A DNA stretch of 61,898 bases, filler included, from Chiloscyllium plagiosum (lineage: Eukaryota), in NCBI RefSeq assembly GCF_004010195.1. It is 3 parts of one record of this genome, joined end to end, with 100 filler letters (N's around TTAATTAATTAA, not from the genome) between each part and the next. Parts side by side here need not be neighbours in the genome. Positions count along the whole stretch, not along the records: positions 23,584 to 38,307 come from NC_057716.1; positions 38,408 to 61,898 come from NC_057716.1; 1 more part is not named here. One strand, written 5' to 3'. This document shows, one piece after another, positions 37,706 to 48,724 of this stretch (within the stretch, counting starts at the first letter, position 1; each line of letters opens with the position of its first letter). The translations under genes were made by a program, and so were the position numbers. A model generated the notes under the pieces. The model had not been told where the DNA came from. It made no database searches and was given only the letters and a program-made list of their open reading frames with translations.

Positions 37706-39131
37706 AGGACTGGCAGCTTAATGTTCCAGGATATAAATGGTACAGGAAGGATAGAAAGGGAGGCGAGAGAGGAGGAGGAGTGGCATTTTTGATAAGGGAT
37801 AGCATTACAGCTGTGCTGAGGGAGGATATTCCCAGAAATACATCCAGGGAAGTTATTTGGGTGAAACTGAGAAATAAGAAAGGGATGATCACTTTATTGG
37901 GATTGTATTATAGAACCCCCAACAGTCAGAGGGAAATTGAGAAACAAACTTGTAAGGAGATCTCGGCTATCTGTAAGAATAATAGGGTAGTTATGGTAGG
38001 GGATTTTGGTAGGGGATTTTAACTTTCCAAACATCGACTGGGACTGCCATAGTGTTAAAGGTTTAGATGGAGAGGAATTTCTTAAGTGCGTACAAGACAA
38101 TTTTCTGATTCAGTATGTGGATGTACTTACTAGAGAAGGTGCAAAACTTGACCTACTCTTGGGAAATAAGGCAGGACAGGTGACTGAGGTGTCAGTGGGG
38201 GAGCACTTTGGGGCCAGCGACCATAGTGATGGAAAAGGATAGACCAGATCTAAAAGTTGAAGTTCTAAATTGGAGAAAGGCCAATTTTGACGGTATTAGA
38301 CAAGAACNNNNNNNNNNNNNNNNNNNNNNNNNNNNNNNNNNNNNNNNNNNNTTAATTAATTAANNNNNNNNNNNNNNNNNNNNNNNNNNNNNNNNNNNNN
38401 NNNNNNNAGTATTGAGTACAGGAGTTGGGAGGTCATGTTGCGGCTGTACAGGACATTGGTTAGGCCACTGTTGGAATACTGCGTGCAATTCTGGCCTCCT
38501 TCCTATCGGAAAGATGTTGTGAAACTTGAAAGGATTCAGAAAAGATTTACAAGGATGTTGCCAGGACATTGGTTAGGCCACTGTTGGAATATTGCGTGCA
38601 ATTCTGGTCTCCTTCCTATCGGAAAGATGTTGTGAAACTTGAAAGGGTTCAGAAAAAGATTAACAGAATGTTGCCAGGGTTGGAGGATCTGAGCTACAGG
38701 GAGAGACTGAACAGGCTGGGGCTGTTTTCCCTGGAGCCTCGAAGGCTGAGGGGTGACCTTATAGAGGTCTACAAAATTCTGAGGGGCATGGATAGGGTAA
38801 ATAGGAAAAGTCTTTTCCCTGGGGTTGGGGAGTCCAGAACTAGAGGGCATAGGTTTAGGGCTAGAGGGGAAAGACATAAAAGAGACCTAAGGGGCAACGT
38901 TTTCACGCAGAGGGTGGTACGTGTATGGAATGAGCTGCCGGAGGATGTGGTGGAGGCTGGTACAATTGCAACATTTAAGAGGCATTTGGATGGGTATATG
39001 AATAGGAAGGGTTTGGAGGGATATGGGCCGGGTGCTGGCAGGTGGAACCAGATTGGGTTGGGATATCTAGTCGGTATGGACGGGTTGGACCGAAGGGTAT
39101 GTTTCCATTCTGTACATCTCTATGACTCTAT
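37706..39131 (+). mobile_element. HER1-type CR1 LINE: APE, gap, RT 3' end
   Basis: GLYYRTPNS, VGDFNFPNIDW, SDH; 196-aa ORF 38569-39159 (LEYCVQFWSP..FTQRVVRVWNELP); ctctatgactcta tail. Confidence 0.93.
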
Positions 39132-39509
39132 TACTTTAAATTCATCTTATTCACAATAGGCACCTTGCATTTTTCTGCTTCAATACAATAACCACATCTG
39201 AAAAAGTGGCTGAATGTGCTTCAAAAGTAAATCACAAAAATTTTCAAGTTACATGCTGTAACTTTTCTTTTTGGTATGAATCCATTGCCTTGACAGTAAT
39301 GTCAGAGAGCTGACGTATGATCATGAAGTTATGGATTGTGGTGGAATAAAATTTCACTGCTTCTGATGCCACACAGTTCATGAATGCCATAATCTGAATC
39401 TGTCCCATTGAACACAATGGTAGTGCCACACAATAAAACAGAGAGTATCCTTGACATGAAAATGTAAATTTGTCTCCCATGAGAGTTATGGTGGCCACTC
39501 TTTTTTGCC

Positions 39510-40005
39510 TAAGTTCATTCACAGGATATGTGCAATGCTAGTGTTTTTTGCCCATTCCTAGTTTTCATTGAAAAGGCAACGGTGAGTACATCTTGAAGTG
39601 CTGCAGTCTCTGGTGGAATGCTATTAGGAAGTGAGTGTCAAGACTTTAACCTCGCAATACTGAAGGAACAGTAATATAGCTCCAAGTCAGGATGATCTGT
39701 GGCTTAGAGGTAAACTTACACATGATGATACATCCTTACATCATTTCCTCTTGCCCTGCTAGGTGGTAGAGATTGTAGGTTTGAGAGCTGTTGTTGCAGG
39801 AGGCCTGGGAAGTTGCTGCAATGTATCTTGCAGATGGTATGCACTGCTGGTGATTGCGTTGATCAGCTATGTGGAAATGTTGAAGGTGGTGACTGGATGC
39901 CAAATAATTATAGGTCTCTGCCCTGTATGGTGTGTCAAGCCTCTTCAGCATTGTTGAAGCAGAGCTCATTCAGGCAGGTGAAGAATATACTATCATGCTC
40001 TTAAC
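39510..40005 (-). mobile_element. Old L2/Crack-like LINE 3' fragment
   Basis: MSSASTMLKRLDT; ccaagtcaggatg motif shared with other copies. Confidence 0.7.
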
Positions 40006-40667
40006 TTCATAGATTCACATAATTCATACAATGCAGATGGTGGCTGTTCAGCACATTGGTTCTTCAAACAAGGATCATTATCTCGTGTGAATTTCTGCTT
40101 TTTCCAATATTCTTGCACATTACTTCTGTCCAAATAAATGCAATGCTCTCTTGAACCTACCTCCACCACAGAATCAGAAACTAACTACAGTGCAAAAGGC
40201 CATTTAACACATTGTGCCTGCACCAGCTCTACTAACTATTCGGGCTCTATTATCTAGATCCTTTTCTCCAGATTTCTGAATACAATTACTAACCAAAAGA
40301 AAAATCCAGTGCACTTTTGAAAGCCTCAATTGAACCTGCTTCCACCACATTTCTATTCTTCTCACATCACACTTGCTTTGTTTGCACATCACGTTAAATC
40401 TATACCCACTCACTCTTGTTCTTTTTATAAGCAGGAAGGAACAGCTTCTCCCTATCTCCTATATCGAACCTGCTCAGGATGTTGTAAACCTCCATTAAGT
40501 CTCTCAGCCTTATCCCCTCCGATGTTGTCAATCCATTCTCACAACTAAACATTTGCATGTCAAATATAAATGGTGACCAGTTTCACAGAGCTTGGAAGTA
40601 ACTCAGTTAGAAAGCTACTCAGTGCAGAATTTTTAGCCTCTTATCTGCTCTTACAGCCACAGTTTTT

Positions 40668-40999
40668 GGATTAGATTTGATTAGATTCCCTACAATATGG
40701 AAACAGGCCCTTCAGCCCAGCAAGTCCACACTGACCCTCCGAACAGTAAGCCACCCAGAGCCATTCCCCCAACTTATACCTACCCCTGACAAATGCAACT
40801 AACACTATGGGCAATTTAGCATGGTCAGTTCACCTGACCAGCACATGTTTGGATTGTGAGAGGAAACCGGAGCACCCGGAGGAAACTGGGAGAATGTGCA
40901 AACTCCACACAGACAAACAGTCGCCCGAGGTGGGAATCGAACCAGAGTCCCTGGTGCTGTGCGGCAGCAGTGCTAACCACTGAGCCACTGTGCCGCCCC
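40668..40999 (-). mobile_element. HE1 V-SINE (tRNA-derived)
   Basis: Minus strand: gggcggcacagtggctcagtggttagcactgctgcc (box A), ggttcgattccc (box B), V-domain gtgtggagtttgcacattctcc..ccgggtgctccggtttcc, HER1-like tail with tctaa repeats. Confidence 0.92.
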
Positions 41000-41084
41000 A
41001 TTTATAAGGCTGAGCGCCAACTCTCAGACATTTCCTCCTATCATCTTATTGATCGTGACCTCACGGACTTATTTCCAGGACTGA

Positions 41085-41792
41085 CTTATACATTTAAGGG
41101 AAAGGTCCTGGGGAGTGTTGCTGAACAAAGAGACTTTGGAGTGCAGATTCATAGTTCCTTGAAAGTGGAGTCCTAGGTAGACAGAGTAGTGAAGGTGACG
41201 TTTGGTAAGCTTGTCTTTATTGGTCAGTGCATTGAGTATATGAGTTAGGAGGTCATTTTGCAGCTGTACTGGGCATTGGTTAGGCCATTTTTTGGAACAG
41301 TGTTCAATTCCGGTCTCCTTGCCATCGGAGATATGTTGTTAAACTTCAAAAGGTTCAGAAAACATTTACAAGGATGTTGCCAGGGTTGGAGGGTTTGAGT
41401 TATAGGGAGAGGCTGAACAGGCTAAGGCTATTTTCCCTGGAGCATCAGAAGCTGAGGGGTGACCTTGTAGAGGTTCATAAAGTCATGAGGGGTATGAATA
41501 GGGTGAACAGTCAAGGTTTTCCCCACAGGGTAGGGGAGTCTAAAGCTAGTGGGCATAGGTCTGAAGTGAGAGGGGCAAGATTGAAAAAGGAAGCTGATGG
41601 GCAACGTTTTCATGCAGAGGGTGGTGCATATATGGAATCAACTGCCATAGGAAGTGGTTGAAACTGATACAGTTACAACATTTAAAAGACATCTGGGTAT
41701 ATACTTGAATAGAAAGGGTTTAGGCAGATGTGGGCCAAAAATGGAACGAGATTTATTTAGGATACCTGTTTCCGCACTGTACATCTCTATGA
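41085..41792 (+). mobile_element. HER1-type CR1 3' fragment
   Basis: GKVLGSVAEQRDFGVQ, MLPGLEGLSYRERLNRL. Confidence 0.9.
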
Positions 41793-43080
41793 CATCATCT
41801 CCTCTGGACAGCTCATTTCCACAGCTTCCCACTTCATAGTCCCCCAATCCCACACAACAAACTCTACTTCCTTAACAAAAATCACGAGCAGCACTATCCT
41901 GGCAGAACTATTGTTTCAGAGTTTTTGTGCCCCACTAAACGTTATTCTTCCTACTGTGATTCTATTTTTGTCCCTTCTTTGTTCAGCCTTTTCCCATTTA
42001 CATTCCGGATTCTTCTGATGCTTTATGTCAATTCTAAAGTTTCCAGCTTTCTGGCCCCAGATGCCTCTGGTTCACAATTAAATGAAATCCTTCGATATAT
42101 TCATTGCCCTTGAGGATGGTCTGAAGACTCCCTGCTTCTTTCCTGAAGAGTCTTGAACAGTTCCCATCCACCTCCATTCTCCATCGCTTGGCTGAGCTCA
42201 TATTCACTGTGAACAAATTTCGTGAAGTCAAAGGTGTGGCTTTGTGTTTTATATCTGTTCTAGTCCTACCTGGGCCCCCACCAACAACTTTTTCTTCAAT
42301 ACATCAATGATATCATTTGCGTTGCTACCTGCTCTTGTCTAGTGTTGGATAAATTAATAATTCTACTTCCAATTTCCATCCTTCTCTCACCTTCATCTGA
42401 TCCATTTATGACTCTTCTCTTTCCTTCCCATCTTTGACTTCAATATTTCCATTTTTGAGGATAGGTTATCCACCAATATCTATTACAATGCACCATCTGC
42501 CATGGTTACCTTGACTGCTCTCCCTCACACCCTGCTTCCTTCAAGGTTTACATTCCATTTTCCCACTTTCTCCATTTCTGTTGCAGTGATGCCACCTTCC
42601 TCCAGAGTGCTACTGACATGTCCTTCTTTTTCTTCAACACAGGTTCCACCCCCCAATGTGGCTGCCAGAGGTCTCAACAGTGTCCAACCTATCTTTTACA
42701 CTTCTGTCCACACCCCTTCTCCTCCCTCAACAACAATAGGGCTCCCCTTGTCCTCACTTTCCATCTTACCAGTCTCTACCTTCAATGGATTGTCTTCTGC
42801 CATTATCGTCACCTCAAACAGGACATCACGGCCAAACATAATTTCCCAAGTTATCTGAGCATTCTAAAAGGTATCATTTCTTCTGTGTCAGTCTGGTGCA
42901 CTCTTCTATCACTCCTAACATTTCTTTACTCCCTCATGACAACTTCCCATGCAATAACACAGTGTAACATTTGCCTATTCACCTCGTCTCTCCTCACCAT
43001 CCAAGACCACAAATACACTTTGCAGGTGAAGCAGCATTTTACTTGTACTTCTTTCAATCTGGCGTACGATATTCAATGCT
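41793..43080 (+). mobile_element. Decayed Penelope-like element (RT plus start of GIY-YIG region)
   Basis: FFQYINDII (YIDD motif), SNFHPSLTF, RAPLVLTFHL, CNICLFTSS..QVKQHFTCTSFNLAYDIQC. Confidence 0.82.
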
Positions 43081-43084
43081 ATTA

Positions 43085-43416
43085 TAACACTACTATTATA
43101 GGACAAGCCAAACAGAGAACAGCCAGGGAATTCCTAGAGGCATGGCACTCATCCACAGATTCTAACAGCAAACACATCGACCTGGACCCAATGTACCGGC
43201 CACTGCAGCAGACAGCTGGAACTGACAACCGGAAGCGGCAGAGACAAACCACTAAAAATGCCGGAGGAAACAACACAGAAGCGCTTCACAGGAGGCTCCC
43301 AAGCACTAAGGATGTCACCTGGACAGGGGACAAAACGTCTGCAACACAAAATTTCAGCTCGGCGAACAGAACCACAACAACGAGCACCCGAGCTACAAAT
43401 CTTCTCACAAACTTTG
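43085..43416 (+). mobile_element. Second Penelope family, C-terminus and 3' tail with degenerate hammerhead
   Basis: IIGQAKQRTAREFLEAWHS..KHIDLDPMYRPL; gcaCTAAGGAtgtcacctggacaggggacAAAAcgTCtgc; ends ctacaaatcttctcacaaacttt. Confidence 0.85.
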
Positions 43417-44160
43417 AATTTTCAGCTGCTTCCGCAATGTCCCTCTTTCCATTTGGGAAGTCAGAGTGCAGACATTTGATGATGATTGCACAACATTTAA
43501 CACCAATCATCATTAATCAGATACTGAAGCAATCCAAATCCAAATATAGTAAGACCTGGTCAATATCCAGGCTGAAGCTGACAAGTATTGTACATGCCAC
43601 AAAACTACCAAGCAACAACCTCCAGCAAGAGAGAATCTAACCATCACCCTTGACATTCAATGGTATTACCACTACTGAATACCCCATCATCAACATCCTA
43701 CATTTACAATTGACCAGAAACTGAACTGAACTAGTCATATAATTCATGTAGTCACAAAAGCAGGTCATAGGCTCTGAATCCTACAGGGAGTAACTCACCT
43801 CCTGATTCCCCAGATCGTGTCTATCACCTACAAGGTACAAAACAGAAGTGTGATGGAATATTCGCCCCCTTGCTCCAATAATATCCAAGAAACTTGATAG
43901 TATCCAAGACAAACTAAACTACTTGATTGAGCACCACATTCACAAACATACACTCCCCCCACCATCCTGACTTGGAAATAAATTGCCATTCCTTGTGTTG
44001 CTGGGTCAAAATCCTGGAACTTCCTCCCTAACGACATTGTGGGTCTACATACAACAAAACACAGAATGCAGCAGTTCAAGGAGACACCTCACCATCACCA
44101 TCTCAAGGACAACTAGCAATGGTGGAGCTAGCAACACCCACAACCAATGAGTAATTTATT
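43416..44160 (+). mobile_element. L2/Crack-like LINE fragment
   Basis: gacctggtcaatatccaggct, ctacaaggtacaa..gtgtgatggaatattc, gggtcaaaatcctggaac. Confidence 0.78.
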
Positions 44161-45101
44161 TTTAAGAGCCAGGATAGTGTGTGATTCAGAAAGCAATTTT
44201 CACATAGTACAGTTCAAATGTATTTGCTGCCCTTGTACTTCTAGGTCATAGAAGTCTCAGGTTTGGAAGGTGCTGTCAAAGGAACCCTGGTGAGTTGTTG
44301 TTATTGTTGGAAGGGATTCACTGAGATATCTAAAAGGCCTATTTAATTGGAGAGTTAATTTATTACTGCTTGCATTTTTCCATAATTTATATATGAAATT
44401 AAATACTGAATAAATGTGACAGCTGGGGCTAAGCAAAGTAAACTTATCAAAACATCATCACAAATTAAGATAAGTAGGACTTTGTCGTTAGATCACAAGT
44501 AATATTGATTGCAATTATAATTTCAAGTACTAAAATGTGATCTTAAGACAGCTCCTATTAGGCACAGACCTAAAATGCTAATTCCTTTCTACAGATACTC
44601 CTGGATGCACTCAGCATTTCCAGAATTGTTTTTATTTCAGATTTCAATTAGTTCCAATATTGCCTTGCATTATATCATTCTAGATCTTCATTGATACAGC
44701 AGCAATATATATGCATAAATGGAGTTTATGGACTATTTTTGCACAAAAAGCATCTACTGCATACAAATTCCAGAAATTTAAGGTATAGTTACACAGCTTA
44801 TTCATGATCATTTCATGCATTTCAGTACCTTAGAAATACAAGTAACTGATATTTGGTAATTTAAAGCACTAGAATTATCAGATAGTGTAATTTGAACCAT
44901 GTGCCTGAGTTAAAAGCAGGAACCTCATGCTTATACCTTTGAATTGTGTACTGAAACATTAAAGTTGTATGGAACAGCATTGTTCAGTGCAACTTGACAT
45001 TACAGTACACAATTCAAAGAAGTCATGTAACTACAGTCTACCTATTCTGCATTTTGACTTGGGCAAAAGACTACTCAGGCACCGTTCTCAATTTTCTTTA
45101 C

Positions 45102-45122
45102 CTTCAACTGTTTGCAGCCAAA
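45102..45122 (-). other. Candidate 21-nt in-frame microexon of MTX2 (VWLQTVE)
   Basis: tgttgtttacag|TTTGGCTGCAAACAGTTGAAG|gtaaag; phase 1/1, no stop; no transcript evidence. Confidence 0.4.
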
Positions 45123-45375
45123 CTGTAAACAACATTGTACTTAAATCAAAACTCAAAATTACAAGTAACCCAGGTGGTTTACTCAATCATCCTCAAATTC
45201 ATAATGTGGAAAACAGCCACTTTTCAGCAATCCTCAAAGCAACAGAAATGTTGTAGACTAATGACCAAAGAACCGTAGACACATTGAAAAAGTTACACTT
45301 TTGTTGATCAATGCATACATACGTGGGTTGTACAACTTAATGGAAAGTGCATAAATAGAGGCGACAACTGATCCA

Positions 45376-45580
45376 TGATTTGGAGATGCCGGTGTAGGAC
45401 TGGGGTGTACAAAGTTAAAAATCACACAACACCAGGTTATAGTCCAACAGGTTTAATTGGAAGCACACTAGCTTTCGGAGTGACAATCACCTGATGAGGG
45501 AGCGTCGCTCCGAAAGCTAGTGTGCTTCCAATTAACCTGTTGGACTATAACCTGGTGTTGTGTGATTTTTAACTTTGTAC
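45376..45580. mobile_element. Penelope-derived inverted-repeat insert in MTX2 intron 1
   Basis: About 80-bp inverted arms (gtacaaagttaaaaatcacacaacaccaggttatagtccaacagg..ctagctttcggag); perfect 12-bp TSD acaactgatcca (45364-45375, 45579-45590). Confidence 0.9.
45488..45522 (+). ncRNA. Minimal type-I hammerhead ribozyme motif, intact core
   Basis: cac-CUGAUGA-g-GGAGC-guc-GCUCC-GAAA-gc-UA-gug: stem I cac/gug, 5-bp stem II, AGCU palindromic mini stem III. Confidence 0.8.
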
Positions 45581-45659
45581 AACTGATCCAAGTTAAGTTC
45601 TCGCAATCCCATCCGTTCCTCAGGAGGTAGGATGAATTGAGAATCTCACTGGGTCAACA

Positions 45660-45975
45660 GACCCCGCCCCCGTCACCTTTTAGTTTCTCCAACAGAGACC
45701 AAGCTAACCCCGTTAATGACAGCACGAAGCGACTCTGAATTCATTACCTGCCATCTGGCAGACAAACATGTCTGTTGCTAGTGACATGGCACAAAGCTAC
45801 TGCTGCTGCTCTCCTGGGCCGAGAGAAAGGCTTCACAATCTTCCTAAGACAATGTCAATCGCAGCAGACACTCACTTCCGGCGGTTTTGTGTCACATCCT
45901 GTCCAGCACTGCCAGTGCTGCGCATGCGTATTGTATGCTGCTGCCGGTTTCAGGGGAGCACGTCGCGCAATGTAA
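45660..45975 (-). promoter_or_regulatory. MTX2: MTX2 CpG-type promoter / first-exon region
   Basis: Locally retained CpGs; ETS/GABP CCGGAAGTG (minus, 45873-45881); NRF1 TGCGCATGCG (45919-45928); GC box CCCCGCCCC (45662-45670, intron 1); CACGTC and TCGCGCAA near 45960. Confidence 0.8.
45748..45787 (-). CDS. MTX2: Metaxin-2 coding exon 1 (MSLATDMFVCQMA, phase-1 end)
   Basis: gccATG at 45787; 40 nt ending CAG|gtaatg; resembles the vertebrate MTX2 N-terminus MSLVAEAFVSQIA; joins exon 2 in frame; promoter motifs directly upstream. Confidence 0.93.
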
Positions 45976-47309
45976 AAATTTAGACAATGTGGCCTGTTTT
46001 ATGGAGCAGTAGGAGAAGGTTGGGTGAGGAATTTCGATGTTTGGGTCCAAGACTGCTGCAAACACTATCGGTTGAGAAGAAAAATTGCATTCTTAAAGCG
46101 CCAATCGCGTCTCAAAACGCCTTATGGCCAATAGATTGTATTATGTGCAATCACTGTCGTAATGTATGAACAGCCACCACAAGTCTGTATAGCATACTTA
46201 ACATGATCCCAGGCAGGGCACAAAGGAACAGAGGAGACATTAAATCGAAAGATTCTTCAAAGGGATAGTTTTAAGGGACATCCTAAAGGATGAAAATGAT
46301 AAAGGGAGGATATTTCAGGGTTTAGTTTTAAGCAACTGAAAGGATAGTCACCAGTGGAAGCACAGAAAATGGCAGCAGGAGTACACTATACAGCCCTTCC
46401 AACCGTTCTGTCATTTAGTGTGATCATGGCTGATTATCCAACTCACTACCCTGATTCTACTTTTTCCTCATATTCTCTGATCCCTCTACCCCTCAAACTA
46501 TATCTAACCCCTTGAAAACATCTAATATTTTGGCATCAACTGTTAGCTGCAGGAGAGAATTCTACAGGACCACCACTGCCTGGGCTAAGACATTTCTCCT
46601 AACTCAATTTGAAATGGCCAGCCCTATATATTTAAACTGTGACCTCTGGTTCTGAGTTCCCAGGACATCAAGAAAACTCTTCCTATGTTTACCCTGTCAG
46701 GTCTTGTTGGAGTTGTATAAGTTTCTCTGCTCCCCTCATTCTTCTAAACTCCGTGGAATGTAAGTCTAACTAATGCAATCTCTCTTCATACATCAGTCCT
46801 GCTAGCCCAAGAATCAATTGGTAAATCTTTGTTGCACTCATAGCTCTTCCTCAGATAAAGAGACTAAAACTCCACACACTACTTCAGGTGTGGTCTCACC
46901 ATAGCCCCGAGCAATTGCAGCAAGGCATCACTCTTTCTCAACTTGAATCATCTTAATATGAAGACCAACATGGTCTTATCAGGGAGAAAGTGGGAAATGG
47001 GGTTGACCATGGGGTCAGCCATGGGGTGGAGCAGACACAATGGGCCAAATGGGCCAATTTCAGCTCCCTTGTCTTATGGTCTAATTTTCTAACATATAAT
47101 TTGTCTTCTTCACTGACTACTGCACCTGCATGCATTTTTCAGTGACTGCTATACAAGAGTCATGTCTTGTTGCATCACCCTTTTCCCAACCTAATCACTA
47201 CTCAGATAATAATCTGCCTTCCTGCTTTTGTTACCAAAGTAGATAACCTCACATTTATCCACATTAGACATGATGTACCATGCATTTGCCCAATCGCATA
47301 ACTTGTCCA

Positions 47310-47727
47310 AAGTTTGTGAGGAGATTTGTAGCTCAGGTGCTCATTGTTGTGGTTCTGTTCGCCGAGCTGGGAATTTGTTTTGCAGATGTTTTGTCCCCTG
47401 TCTAGGTGACATCCTCAGTGCTTGTGGGAGCCTCCTGTGAAGCGCTTCTGTGATCTTTCCTCGGGCATTTGTAGCGGCAGATTCAAACCACTACAAATGC
47501 TGGAGGAAAGATCACAGAAGCGCTTCACAGGAGGCTCCCACAAGCACTGAGGATGTCACCTAGACAGGGGACNNNNNNNNNNNNNNNNNNNNNNNNNNNN
47601 NNNNNNNNNNNNNNNNNNNNNNNNNNNNNNNNNNNNNNNNNNNNNNNNNNNNNNNNNNCGGCGGGTCGGTGTGGACTTGTTGGGCCGAAGGGCCTGTTTC
47701 CACACTGTAAGTAATCTAAAAACCACA
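47310..47727. mobile_element. Penelope inverted-repeat insert with nested HE1 tail, spanning a gap
   Basis: Same family as 43085-43416 in both orientations; 14-bp TSD ataacttgtccaaa (47298-47311, 47728-47741). Confidence 0.85.
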
Positions 47728-48132
47728 ATAACTTGTCCAAATCACACAAGCATTTCTACATCTTCCATTCAATTCACCCTCCCAACCTTGTGTCTTCTGC
47801 AAACCTAGGAGATATTGCCTTTAGTTCCTTCATCTAAATAATGAAAATGTATTATGAATAACTGGGATCCTAGCACTAATCCCTACAGTATCCCACCAGG
47901 CATTGCCTTTTACTCAGAAAAAGACCTAATTATTTTTATAGTTTGTTTTATGTCTGCCAACTAGTTCCCTATTCTTGCCAGTGAACTACCACAATCCCAT
48001 GCACTTTAATTTTACATGCTAATCTCTTACGTTGGACCTCATCAAAAGCCTTCTAAAAATCCAAGTAAACTACTTCCACTGGTCCTCCCTTTATTGACTC
48101 AATTAGTTAGATTGTCGAAAAATGTCCATTGA

Positions 48133-48450
48133 TGGGGGCGGCATGGTGTCTCAGTGGTTAGCACTGATGCCTCACAGTGCAAGGAACCTGGATTTCTTGG
48201 TGACTGTTTGTGTGGAGTTTGCATGTTCTCCCCATGTCTGCATGGGTTTCCTCCAGGTGCTCTGGTTTCCCCCAACCATTCAAGATGTGCAGGTCAGGTA
48301 AATTGATCATGCTAAATTGCCCATAGTTTTAGGTGTATGACTCAGGGGTAAATATAGGGTAGGGGAATGGGTCTGGGTGGTTACTCTTTGGAGGGTCAGT
48401 ATGGACTTGTTGAGCTGAAGGCCCTGTTTCCATACCATAGGGAATCTAAT
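48133..48450 (+). mobile_element. HE1 V-SINE
   Basis: ggggcggcatggtgtctcagtggttagcactg, V-domain gtgtggagtttgcatgttctcccc, tail ggccctgtttcc..atctaat. Confidence 0.9.
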
Positions 48451-48724
48451 TTATCAAGCATGATTTCCCTTTTGTAAATCCATTTAGACTCTGTCTGATA
48501 CATTCACTATTTTCTAAATGCTCTGCTATTAAATCTTTTATAGTGAACTGTAATGTTTTCCATCTACCAATATCAAACCAACCGGTCTATAATACCCTGT
48601 TTTCTCTTTACCTCATTTTTTAAAATATTAGAGTTGCATTTGCTGCATTCCAATCCATAGGAACTATAGTATAGTATAGAGTATATAGAATGTTGAAAGA
48701 TGACCACCAATACATCCATTATTT

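Noticed and set aside
38569..39159. 196-aa ORF as an active or domesticated gene
   Set aside because: Ordinary CR1 ORF2 C-terminus; upstream part is duplicated, frameshifted and gapped
45376..45580. Hairpin inserts as CRISPR repeats, pre-miRNAs or DNA-transposon MITEs
   Set aside because: Dispersed eukaryotic repeats with no spacers, asymmetric arms, long TSDs and hammerhead cores; fits Penelope-derived inserts
46075..46190. CCAAT boxes at 46101 and 46128 as dedicated promoter elements
   Set aside because: Surrounding sequence looks like a decayed SINE/L2 relic; function cannot be supported from sequence alone
48133..48200. tRNA gene (also 40930-40999 minus)
   Set aside because: tRNA-like head continues into V-domain and LINE tail, so it is an HE1 SINE
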